A DNA stretch of 64,000 nt, taken from Schizochytrium sp. TIO01 (Eukaryota; Protista; Bigyra: Labyrinthulomycetes). Positions 20,149-29,587 of this stretch are shown piece after piece. The notes under the pieces were generated by a model. The model saw nothing but the letters and a program-made list of their open reading frames with translations, was not told where the DNA came from and searched no databases. The stretch lies in NCBI GenBank assembly GCA_004764695.1, contig SMSO01000008.1, positions 806,001 to 870,000 of the forward strand. The letters are read 5' to 3'. Numbering within the stretch: position 1 is the stretch's first letter; each line of letters starts with the position of its first letter. A program made the translations under genes and the position numbers.

Positions 20149-21246
20149 GCGATAGGTAAGACGCTCCTCTCTGTATTTTTCTTGCCGCGTTTGTCCATAA
20201 CCTATCACTTTAAATAAATTGACTCCACGCGCATCAGAGTAGTCCACTTGCCCTTTGAGTGCATCTTCTAGGGCTCCTTTAACTTCCTTTTCCAGGCTTT
20301 CATGTCGAGAGTTCGGGTTGAAACGGATAATCACCAAAGGCTTCACACTTCTTCCATTACCAATTAACTGATCATGAATTTCCTGCAATCTTTTCATTTC
20401 ACATGCTATGTCATAACCACTGTGACTTTCTTCATCGCATTCGACCACAATATAATAGGGTAAGTCATTATCTGAAAAAACAAAGTCAGCACGCCGACGG
20501 TTTACTACCTTACATGCACTATCTTTGATGATGCGATCATGGCTCGAAGGGTGAAATCCCCAAGAATGAAAACGCTCGTTCCACTCATTTTCTAGTCTCA
20601 TATGACGCTCCTCTCTCTTTTCACACGTCCAACAAATGCGAATCCTACGGAAAAGTCTACGATTCGATAAAAGACGCCCACACTTACGTTCGCAAAGGTT
20701 TTTGGAATCAGGCTCACAAATAAAGCAGTAAGTACGGCGCCTCTTGTGGATACAAATATACGTGCCATCGCAATCTACACACCGGTTAGGTTTTCGTCCA
20801 TGCCCACAATACATTCTTCTGTTTTCTCCAGCTCGGTTCTTATCCACCCAATATTCCCTACCACTCAGAGAACATTTATAAATAGTCTTAGCGTTGCCAC
20901 ATACACGAATAACAGGATCTACCACTTTATTTCTTTTCTTTCTTTTAGATTGTTTTTTAAAAGTTTCATCTACTACATGTTCTCTAGTCTTAGCATTATT
21001 GCCATGCACTACTACTTCATTTCTTTTAGATTGTTTTTTAAAAGTTTCATCTACTAGATGTTCTCTAGTCTTAGCATTATTGACATGCACTACTACTTCA
21101 TTTCTTTTAGATTGGTTTTTTAAAGTTTCATCTACTACATGTTCTCTAGTCTTAGCATTATTGCCATGCACTACTACTTCATTTCTTTTAGATTGTTTTT
21201 TTAAAGTTTCATCTAATACATAAACGCGACTACTCCTCAATCTCAT
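20137..21246 (-). CDS. Giant-virus-type PD-(D/E)XK/Vsr-like endonuclease with C-x-H Cys-rich repeats and N-terminal 27-aa repeats
   Basis: RRADFVF...IVVECDEESH..Y...CE..R...IIRFNP; CGHG..CVDC, CIH..CFIC repeats. Confidence 0.8.
   Translation of the reverse strand: MRLRSSRVYVLDETLKKQSKRNEVVVHGNNAKTREHVVDETLKNQSKRNEVVVHVNNAKTREHLVDETFKKQSKRNEVVVHGNNAKTREHVVDETFKKQSKRKKRNKVVDPVIRVCGNAKTIYKCSLSGREYWVDKNRAGENRRMYCGHGRKPNRCVDCDGTYICIHKRRRTYCFICEPDSKNLCERKCGRLLSNRRLFRRIRICWTCEKREERHMRLENEWNERFHSWGFHPSSHDRIIKDSACKVVNRRRADFVFSDNDLPYYIVVECDEESHSGYDIACEMKRLQEIHDQLIGNGRSVKPLVIIRFNPNSRHESLEKEVKGALEDALKGQVDYSDARGVNLFKVIGYGQTRQEKYREERLTYRLKI
20941..21219. repeat. 81-bp coding tandem repeat, about 3.5 copies
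   Basis: Unit VxDETxKKQSKRNEVVVHGNNAKTREH repeated with few substitutions. Confidence 0.95.
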
Positions 21247-21357
21247 GATATAGCTTTTTTATTTTATAATCTCACACTATTAAGGGTTTAGTTATTGAAG
21301 ATTTTGCAATAAATAGATTATCAACGCTAATCCTAGTAGTTTGTTTATCACATTTAC

Positions 21358-21531
21358 ATGTCGAACATTACGAACTCCACATCCAGGGAGAATGCAATAT
21401 CTTTAGGCTTAGACAGAGGTGGTTTGGCGATTCTATTGTTCTTTATACTGATTTTATTCATCCTCGCACACATCTTTCTTAAAAAGGAAAAAGCCACAAA
21501 AACGCCCTCGGCTACCGTTGTAGTAATATAA
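21358..21531 (+). CDS. 57-aa single-pass membrane microprotein
   Basis: MSNITNSTSRENAISLGLDRGGLAILLFFILILFILAHIFLKKEKATKTPSATVVVI*; below the ORF-track cutoff; fills the gap before the resolvase. Confidence 0.65.
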   Translation: MSNITNSTSRENAISLGLDRGGLAILLFFILILFILAHIFLKKEKATKTPSATVVVI

Positions 21532-21580
21532 CATAAACGAAATTATCATTTTTATTTAAAAAAAAAAAAAAATAGTAAAC

Positions 21581-22192
21581 ATGAACCTTACTCGAGTCGT
21601 TGGAATAGATGTGGGATTCAGCCATCTTGCCTGTGCGTTTGCAGACATTGACAATGAAACGTTTGAAATCACGCCCGTCTATGCGCACATGCAAGACCTT
21701 CGCAATCTTACATGTAAAAAACCCAAAGAATGCCCTTTCGAAGAAAAGGATCGCAAAGGCGCACATCTCGTTCACCATTTTGTGGAGCTGCTCCGACCAT
21801 GGTTTCAAAAAGTAGATCAAGTCATCATCGAAGCGCAGCCCATCACAAGTACTCACAAAGACATTGAACAGCTTCTTCATGTTTTCCTAAAGCAGAGATT
21901 TGGGGCAAGGAAAGGATCATCTTTTGTCCAATTGATCTCACCACGCTCCATGCATGCATATTTTAAAATGTCACAATCTAAAGTTGAAAGGCGCGTACAG
22001 GTCGTGGAAATCACTTCAAAACTTTTACACACTTTACCAGCCTTCAGAAAAGCAGTTCAAAAAGACCACCTCGGTGACGCCATGGCATATATCATGTTCT
22101 ATGCGCAAACAATATTACCCACCATCGTACTTGTGAAGGAAGTCAACCCTTTTGCAAAATATGCTCTGGCAGAGCAAGACATTCTCAATTAA
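21581..22192 (+). CDS. Holliday junction resolvase, RuvC/poxvirus A22-like
   Basis: VVGIDVG, VIIEAQP, KDHLGDAM acidic catalytic motifs. Confidence 0.88.
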   Translation: MNLTRVVGIDVGFSHLACAFADIDNETFEITPVYAHMQDLRNLTCKKPKECPFEEKDRKGAHLVHHFVELLRPWFQKVDQVIIEAQPITSTHKDIEQLLHVFLKQRFGARKGSSFVQLISPRSMHAYFKMSQSKVERRVQVVEITSKLLHTLPAFRKAVQKDHLGDAMAYIMFYAQTILPTIVLVKEVNPFAKYALAEQDILN

Positions 22193-22201
22193 AACAAAAA
22201 C

Positions 22202-22410
22202 ATGATTGGGAATTTAAAAAAAGAATGCTATTCTCATTCTAATGATTGGGAATAAATAAAAAAAGAAAAATGCTATTTTCATTCTAATGATTGGGTATTA
22301 AAAAAAAAAAAAATGTTATTTGATTGAGAATTTAAAAAAAATGAACATGAAAAAGTCAAAAATAATCATTCTAATGATTAGGAATAAAAAAGAAAAAGAA
22401 TGTTCATTTG
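22202..22410. repeat. AT-rich degenerate tandem repeat (about 40-45 bp unit, ATGATTGGGAAT-A tract-ATGCTATTYTCATTCTA)
   Basis: 4-5 copies by eye; TCATTCTAATGA inverted repeat at unit junctions. Confidence 0.8.
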
Positions 22411-22579
22411 ACCATGAAAAAGCAACAAACATTTTTATTTTATTTTTTTTAAAGATTGACAAGCAACAGGAACTGAAGGGGAAAAAGAAAAAAAGAAAGG
22501 AACGTAGGAAAGGAAAGCAAGTTTAGTCAAAAAGGCGATACGCAGGAGAAAACGCACCATCCATGGAGTCCGAAAATAG

Positions 22580-23424
22580 AGAGCATACGCCCAAACAACC
22601 AGGACGGACATTGTTCATCGAGCCCCGAATTTATATTCTTGACGAAAGTACAAGGAGTCTAAACAAAGGTGTTTATTCATCTGAATAAACGCAGATAAAG
22701 CTTTCTTTTTATCTTCATCGACATAGTTCACTCCATGTTTTGCCAACTCAACACCTAGACGGGTCTTGCCAGATCCACCGGGACCCTTGAAAGACCGTAT
22801 CGTTTGCCGACTTTTGACACCGACTTAGAGTATGTGATGTCCCCTCTGACAGAAGGTTCTTTTGAATCGTTTATTCGTGGTATAAATAATTGCGTCGGTA
22901 GTCCGTAGTTGATGGAAATACATTGCGCAAGAAGCGCTCCGCAACATAATTAGGAACCTCACGCAGTTGTACATTCTTAATTATCCCAGAAGGAAAATCA
23001 ACCTCCATGAACAGTTTAGACATCTCCGTCCTCAACTTCCCCAGACTTTCAATGTTTTTATCTTTTGATTACCAGAACCAGTTTCAAAAGAATCACTCCG
23101 CGAGTAGAAAGCTCTGATGCGTTCTGTTCAGATAACCAAAAGGTAAAGCCCTCCAGATCCACAAGTTCGTTGACACAATCAATGTAGCGGGGTTTGTACT
23201 GTAGAGCAAATTCCAAAGCATATTTTAAGAAATTGTGTGTCGGCAATCCGTCTGGCGTATATACTGGTTCTACACCTTCAATGAAAGTAACAATGTTATA
23301 AATCAAATCAGGCGCTTTATCGCTTTTACTAGGTAAATTCGATAAATCGAATCTTGAACCGACTGATCCATCTTGTCAAAGTTAGTTTCTGAATGTCAAA
23401 TTTTGGTTCATCAACTCGTCCCAT
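22580..23424 (-). pseudogene. Decayed P-loop NTPase gene, divergent from REase-kinase copy 2
   Basis: Walker A FKGPGGSGKTRLGVE at about 22750-22792; upstream fragments in different frames (23058..23306; MSKLFMEVDFPSG...) separated by stops and frameshifts. Confidence 0.6.
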
Positions 23425-23439
23425 GATGTCTCCCTTTCT

Positions 23440-24396
23440 TCTTTACCCCTCTGCACAACTTTTGACTTACGCGATCTAATGATCAAGGTCTACTGAGAGT
23501 TAGTGAGCGAGGGAGGGTATCTATCTATCGATCTTCTCTCATCCCACAAACTGCACAACTCTCGACTTAGGCGATCGAAAGATAAGTAGTCAAACCTCTA
23601 CCACTGGCGAGTCAGAGGATCGTTCTTCAAGTCTCAAACAACACTGCCTGCACAACTCAATCAAACGATCGATCAAGGGCTACTGAGAGGGCCGATCTTC
23701 AATTCTCCTCTCCTGCTTAGCACTGCCTGCACAACTCGCGACTTACGCTTGATCGAGGTCGATGACCGATCTTCTCTTCTCCTACCTACCGGCACGAGCC
23801 AGCACAACCTGCACAACTTTCGACTTACGCAGTCAAACGATGCATGGAAAGTTGTCCTTGGCCTTGGCGAGCGGGGGCATCGATCTTACCCACTTGCATC
23901 GAATCATCACAACGTTTGACTTGCGTGATCGAACAGTGGAGGGAGAGATGGGTAGAATGAGCGCGTGTGCGTGCGCGCACACGGCATACGGCGCGTGCGA
24001 GGAGAGAAATAGATTCGTGGACGCTGCGGCCACGCCACCAGCCACGGCATCAAAGTTATGCAAACGAGCACTGCAGACTTTAATTCGCGGATTATTATGG
24101 GTTTCGCAAAATACTAGCACTTATTGAGTAGTATTTTTTAAAAAAGAATACTTAGCATACTATTGCACCTATATAGATCGTAATGATATTCAGAGCTTGT
24201 TTTATAGTTTATCCCTCGTGCAGTGTATGAGTCATTAGAAGAAGACATGGGTTTGATTTGAGGGTGTGTAAGAAACAAATAAATAAGTAAGAATATCTAC
24301 TAGTACCATTCATTAGTAAATCAAGTATAAACAATAGAGGAAGCATCCAAACCTAGTTCTCAAGAGCAGCAAAACCCAATCGTTCGAACGAACACC
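23440..24396 (+). repeat. Non-coding leader of REase-kinase cassette copy 2 (six-unit degenerate array plus promoter block)
   Basis: CTGCACAACT-core motif at 23451, 23551, 23648, 23727, 23809 and about 23905; homologous to 11785-12651. Confidence 0.92.
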
Positions 24397-26535
24397 ATGA
24401 TAGGTGCTACTATCAGGGGAGTTAGAAATGCAGCCTCCAATTTCGCAAGGAGTGCCGCTAGTAGACGTGAATCTCGCCCCTCATCAATTCAGATGTTCAC
24501 AAACAGTCCAAACATACGCACCACTTTCAGGCGCGTAAGCACACTCCCAGGAGATGATGAATCCCTCTTGCAACGGTCTTTAACTTTGAATGCAGAAAAG
24601 ATTGAGGAGTACAAGCGTATGGATCGAGCACTTGAGGACCTCAAGGATGAAAAAGCCAAGCTTTCGCGAGATATCGAGCGACTCGAGCAGCGAATAATAA
24701 AAAAGCTAGGAAATGATGATGACTACGACTTTCTTAGAGCTTTTTGTCGTGATATGTTTACTGCAATAGATTTCGAAGAGCATTTCGGGTTTTTACCCAG
24801 TAACAAGTCTATGGCCATTTGCATTAGTTCGATGAAAGACCTTCTCAAAAAAGAAAAGTCGTTAGAAGTGAAAGAGCAACAAATTCTTACAGATAGTGTC
24901 CGCCTTGCAAAAGTGCATGATCTTATAACCTCTACCGATAAAGACATCTCAACGCTAAGAGAACGGTTACAGTCATCTCCGGAACCGAAGAAGATGATGG
25001 ATGCCACCAAAGTACATCTACCAAACTGGGAACAGGAGGGTGAATTAACCGCAAACAAGACAAGTCTTGCGAACTTAATATCATACCTTGTATCACCCTT
25101 GCAGGTGGATAATTTTTCTCCATCAAATTTCTGGGATTATTGTGAAGACCATGGCTACATTGATATCCTGAATAACGTCGAGACTACAGTCGACTTTGGC
25201 AATACATTTGCAAATTATGGTCTCTACGCAAAACTTAACAATGAAAGTTCAGTCGACAAAGCGTTTACAAATGCCATCCTATGTCTAACACATGCACTCA
25301 ATCAGACGTCCACTGAAAACAATCCCATTCCTAAAGATCTCTCTTTGTATGGAAACCTTGTGACTGGAGGACTAGTAGGTCGCGCAGACTTTGCTATCAA
25401 TTGTAAGTCAGAAGACGGTAACCGCAAACCGTTGATCATGGGCGAATTCAAAGGTCCTGGGTTTCCCACCACTGCTAAACTCGCTAATGATTATTGTAAT
25501 AAAAAATGCCTAAATCCTCTCTGTGGTTCACAGCGGCATGAAGACCATTCGGTCATTCGTCAACTTTACAACTACATGGTTTTGAATGAGGTTTTGGTTG
25601 GTATTTACACGAACTATATACACACTCATGTTTTCATTAGAGACGGGCGGGGACATCTGCTTATCACGGAAGCTATTTTATGGGATCAAGAGGGTGATAC
25701 TGAAAATAAGAAAATCAGTACGTTGCAGCTCGTTGCACTCGCTATTCTTCTCGCTGCTGATGAACGAGTTATGGATTTCCAAGGTTATGGAGATTCTATG
25801 ATGGTTCCCTGCAAATCGGGTGATTCGATTGGTAGGAAAAATCTACCACGTGAATGTGATAGCGTACAGGACCCAAAGAGGCCGAAAAATGTATCACCAC
25901 GGACTTCGTCACCAAATGGACGACCACCTTCTTCGACACTAAATAAGTATGGTGCAAAATATACAAAGGATGGTGAAGCGGTCGAACTAGTCAAGCTACG
26001 CAAGGCTGGGTGCACCGCGCTTTCACCCGGTCGCACAGGGGCAGTATTTCGTTTGAACTTCCACGAAGCAGGAGATGATAAGAGCGACAACGTGGTGAAG
26101 GTATTGGACCTTGTTAAGCAAGCAGATCAGATGCACGAACTTGACAATGAAGCTGAAATTTACAAGCAATTAGAACCGCTGCAAGGAATACACATCCCAG
26201 TGTTCATCGATTGTGGCGTTTTCGATGAAAGATTTCTTTACGGCCTCGGAACAAAGTATTCTGGCGAACCTTTAAGACCTGAAGACATCACCGATGACTT
26301 TGTGGAAAAGGCAGTGGATGCTCTCGATGACATTCACTCCCATGGTGTACTGCATGGTGATGTGGCGACCCGTAATATCCTATACAACAAGGAAACTCAA
26401 AGGCCTGTCATCATCGACTTCGGCATGTCCGTTGGCAAGTCAGAAATGAGTGAGGAAGACTTCGCACTAAGCGCTAGTCGAGAGATTGCTAGACTTCGAC
26501 TTGCGTTGGAGAGGGAAAGAACAACTCCAAAATGA
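24397..26535 (+). CDS. Coiled coil + PD-(D/E)XK REase-fold domain + kinase, copy 2 (paralog of 12652..14757)
   Basis: GRADF...PLIMGEFKGP...QLYNYM; GRTG, VVKV, ELDNEAEIY, HGDVATRN, IIDFG. Confidence 0.85.
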   Translation: MIGATIRGVRNAASNFARSAASRRESRPSSIQMFTNSPNIRTTFRRVSTLPGDDESLLQRSLTLNAEKIEEYKRMDRALEDLKDEKAKLSRDIERLEQRIIKKLGNDDDYDFLRAFCRDMFTAIDFEEHFGFLPSNKSMAICISSMKDLLKKEKSLEVKEQQILTDSVRLAKVHDLITSTDKDISTLRERLQSSPEPKKMMDATKVHLPNWEQEGELTANKTSLANLISYLVSPLQVDNFSPSNFWDYCEDHGYIDILNNVETTVDFGNTFANYGLYAKLNNESSVDKAFTNAILCLTHALNQTSTENNPIPKDLSLYGNLVTGGLVGRADFAINCKSEDGNRKPLIMGEFKGPGFPTTAKLANDYCNKKCLNPLCGSQRHEDHSVIRQLYNYMVLNEVLVGIYTNYIHTHVFIRDGRGHLLITEAILWDQEGDTENKKISTLQLVALAILLAADERVMDFQGYGDSMMVPCKSGDSIGRKNLPRECDSVQDPKRPKNVSPRTSSPNGRPPSSTLNKYGAKYTKDGEAVELVKLRKAGCTALSPGRTGAVFRLNFHEAGDDKSDNVVKVLDLVKQADQMHELDNEAEIYKQLEPLQGIHIPVFIDCGVFDERFLYGLGTKYSGEPLRPEDITDDFVEKAVDALDDIHSHGVLHGDVATRNILYNKETQRPVIIDFGMSVGKSEMSEEDFALSASREIARLRLALERERTTPK

Positions 26536-26559
26536 AAACCTCAATTAAAAATAAAACAT

Positions 26560-29493
26560 TTATGAAAAGTCATCAATTTGATTCGCGAAATTATACTGTG
26601 TTGCAATCTGATGAGACCTATTATAATAAACAAAACGATAAATCACCATAAAACAGAGCAAAGAAAGTGCACCGACTGTGAGACCTAGATAAATATGATT
26701 TGAACCAATTTGTTCAAACAGTTCCTTTAAGTAAGAAAGACTAGTATCATCTGAAATCGTAGGTGCTGAAGAAGGATTTCCAAGCGTAGGTCTCATTGTT
26801 GGTGCAGGAGTTGGAGCCGTGGGTGAAACTGTAGGTGACGATGTTGGTAAAGGCGTCGGCATAGTAGGTGACGATGTTGGTGCAGGAGTTATAGCAAAAA
26901 ATGTTGAAGAATAGATGTCCTGCATGACAAGAGAGTTCTCTTGTGGAGCAATAGAAAGATAACCAGTTGACCACGCCGTTGTACTGCTAATATTCGTTGG
27001 CCAAAAGACGCTAATGCTTTCTGACTTCGTAGCCACAGTCGAGGAGTTAACAAGAGCAACGAACGACCACTCACCAGAGTAATCACGAGTCAGAGTATAA
27101 TTCGCAGAGCTAAAGACTGGATAACCATCTGTCATAGTGGTGAAGTTATAATTCCCTGCTATACTATGATTTTCATTAGATGTTACGTAGATAGATTCGT
27201 ACGGAACAAAACAAGAGGTACCATCGAGAGGACTTACCATTGCACCATCGCCAAGACCATCGCATTCTCCACAATAAGGGAAATCTGCACACATACATGT
27301 CAAGGAATATCCAGATTCAACTCCAGATTCACCGAGCACTGGATGTCGGTAATTGCTCGCACTCACCTCATAAGAATAGGCTGCAGAAGCAACAGAACCA
27401 GTCCCAAGAACCCACCCCTGAGTATTAAGGAAGTATAGTAAATAACTCGTATCCCGTCCACCATTAGAATATAACTCCCAAGAATCCTTTAAATCTACAT
27501 ATTTACCCGTCGTTTTCATCACTCCAGTTGAACTCACGTATGGAGATTCCAGCATTAGATAAGAACAATCCACAACACAGCTAGTGCTGTTCGGTTCCGA
27601 CATCATACCTTGACCACATGGTTCGCAAAGACCACTCGATTCATTCATGAACATATTACTACCACAGTAAATCATGGCAAAGGTGTGTACCTCAAAATTT
27701 TCAGTAAAGTATCGGGTAGGGTATGCATAAGCATTTTGTAAATCTGCAGTCCGGCTTTCGGAAGTGCACGCGGAGGTCCAACTTCGCGAAGAACTGGTGG
27801 TAATAGGATAAGTAAAAGCAATATCGTCCTCCGTCAGTTCGGATAGATAAATGAGTGTGGTCGAACCGACCAATCCGTAAAACGAACCGCATGCCAAACT
27901 GGTGCAAAAGACCCAGCAATAATAATAAATCCCATAGTACCCCATGTACACTGATTTAAGGTACACTTCATATTGGTCATTCACATAAACAGTCCCAGCG
28001 GGTCCACTTGAGACTCCAGGAACAGCATAAAAGATCATCTCGCCCGCATAACTTAGAAATGGAGAAACCGTTAAAGCAACATTGCAAGCATCCGCAGAAC
28101 AGTATTCAACACCGGAAACATCAAATGCCCGATTCCAATCATACAAGCTAGTCGAATTAAATGTGGCAAGGTTAAATTCACCTTGCCTATCACTGAATAG
28201 ATGAAATGGTTTGCCTCCAAAAATGTAAGCGTCTAGGTAGTCACCACAAGTTACATTCAAAGAAACCTTTGAAGGGTTGGGAGTTTCCAAATGAAACAAT
28301 GTACGCCCCACCGCTTCTGTATAATTCACTGTGTCGCCACAAGAAATAGAAGCCAAATTTTGCAGTTCATTCTCAAATTCATCTACATCATTGGCACTTT
28401 TATTCATATGCCTTACTCTGACTTTCACGCGCTGAGTATCCTCATCAAGTTCTAAGACAGTCACCGCAACTGCATTCCCCCCCTCGCGATAATCATACAC
28501 ATAGGTAGAATTTACAGGGACAAAAGCAGCTCCAGTTGTATCAGTCACCAATCTGGGCAAGCCAGTTGGATCGATCAAGTAACTAGGACCTGCAATATCT
28601 TCATAACGCCTTGTTACCCATTCCATCATCACGCCTGGAAGATCACTCTCATAGAGTGATCGGAATTCCAACGTCATGTATGTATTTGGATACTCCAACC
28701 GATAAAGAATACAGTAGTACAGAGATGAATTAAACCCCTCTCCTGTATCGTGAGCGTAGAGCCACACAGTTGTATCATCACTTACACAAGACTCGTCCGC
28801 TTCGCAATACAAACCATGTGACATTTGCAAAATACTCTCTTCCGGAATCCACCCCAAAAAGTACTTGTAGTAGGTACTAAATTGAGCTAACAGCGGCTCA
28901 GCCTTTGAACCCATCTCATCATATTCATTACCATATTCTCCATCAATAGCATGAGCATGCAGCAAACCAAGATTGTGACCAAATTCATGCGCTAAAACTC
29001 CCATGAGATAAGCGGTTGAATTCACTGAACTTGCAGCAACGTTCATATGTAACCGAGAACCAACAACATAAGCAACTCCAACATACCCCAGGTTACAATA
29101 AGGGGTGAACAGAGCAACAGAGTCATATGTAGACGCATTTGCACTATCTTCCGCGAGAGCAAAAGCTTCTTCATAAACAAGCATGCTACTCGAAGTCACC
29201 TCTACTCCATTGATGTAACAATTATCTGATTCATCAATGCTAAAAGATTCCATCACATAGGTAGTCTCATCAACCGATAAGTGAACATCAAAACTACCAC
29301 CAGAACTTGAGTCATAGAACGTACTCAAATCGCTGCCTATATCGGCCATAATCTCATCACTCGGAACCAACGAAGAGTAGCTGCTGTTGGGTATAATTCT
29401 GACCGCTCGAATTGTATCTGTAGTCACACCATTGCTATAAGTGCTCGCATCAACAAATCCAACAATCAAAACAAAAAGCAAACACCGGATCAT
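26560..29493 (-). CDS. Type I membrane metzincin metalloprotease (M11 gametolysin/M6-like) with a Pro/Thr stalk
   Basis: Signal peptide, HEFGHNLGLLH zinc motif, EYGNEYDEMGS Met-turn, Cys-rich modules, PTxxPT stalk, C-terminal TM; first ATG at 29493. Confidence 0.85.
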   Translation of the reverse strand: MIRCLLFVLIVGFVDASTYSNGVTTDTIRAVRIIPNSSYSSLVPSDEIMADIGSDLSTFYDSSSGGSFDVHLSVDETTYVMESFSIDESDNCYINGVEVTSSSMLVYEEAFALAEDSANASTYDSVALFTPYCNLGYVGVAYVVGSRLHMNVAASSVNSTAYLMGVLAHEFGHNLGLLHAHAIDGEYGNEYDEMGSKAEPLLAQFSTYYKYFLGWIPEESILQMSHGLYCEADESCVSDDTTVWLYAHDTGEGFNSSLYYCILYRLEYPNTYMTLEFRSLYESDLPGVMMEWVTRRYEDIAGPSYLIDPTGLPRLVTDTTGAAFVPVNSTYVYDYREGGNAVAVTVLELDEDTQRVKVRVRHMNKSANDVDEFENELQNLASISCGDTVNYTEAVGRTLFHLETPNPSKVSLNVTCGDYLDAYIFGGKPFHLFSDRQGEFNLATFNSTSLYDWNRAFDVSGVEYCSADACNVALTVSPFLSYAGEMIFYAVPGVSSGPAGTVYVNDQYEVYLKSVYMGYYGIYYYCWVFCTSLACGSFYGLVGSTTLIYLSELTEDDIAFTYPITTSSSRSWTSACTSESRTADLQNAYAYPTRYFTENFEVHTFAMIYCGSNMFMNESSGLCEPCGQGMMSEPNSTSCVVDCSYLMLESPYVSSTGVMKTTGKYVDLKDSWELYSNGGRDTSYLLYFLNTQGWVLGTGSVASAAYSYEVSASNYRHPVLGESGVESGYSLTCMCADFPYCGECDGLGDGAMVSPLDGTSCFVPYESIYVTSNENHSIAGNYNFTTMTDGYPVFSSANYTLTRDYSGEWSFVALVNSSTVATKSESISVFWPTNISSTTAWSTGYLSIAPQENSLVMQDIYSSTFFAITPAPTSSPTMPTPLPTSSPTVSPTAPTPAPTMRPTLGNPSSAPTISDDTSLSYLKELFEQIGSNHIYLGLTVGALSLLCFMVIYRFVYYNRSHQIATQYNFANQIDDFS

Positions 29494-29587
29494 TCTATCT
29501 AACAATAAGTAATCTCATTGCTTTTACTATATATTGCCAGCGCAAAATAACATTGGTGCAAACAATTTCAACCAGCTAAAAAAATAA

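Noticed and set aside
23451-23935. Bona fide CRISPR array
   Set aside because: Repeats are degenerate, spacers are related to one another and irregular, no cas genes are present and the context is eukaryotic; kept only as an unexplained array
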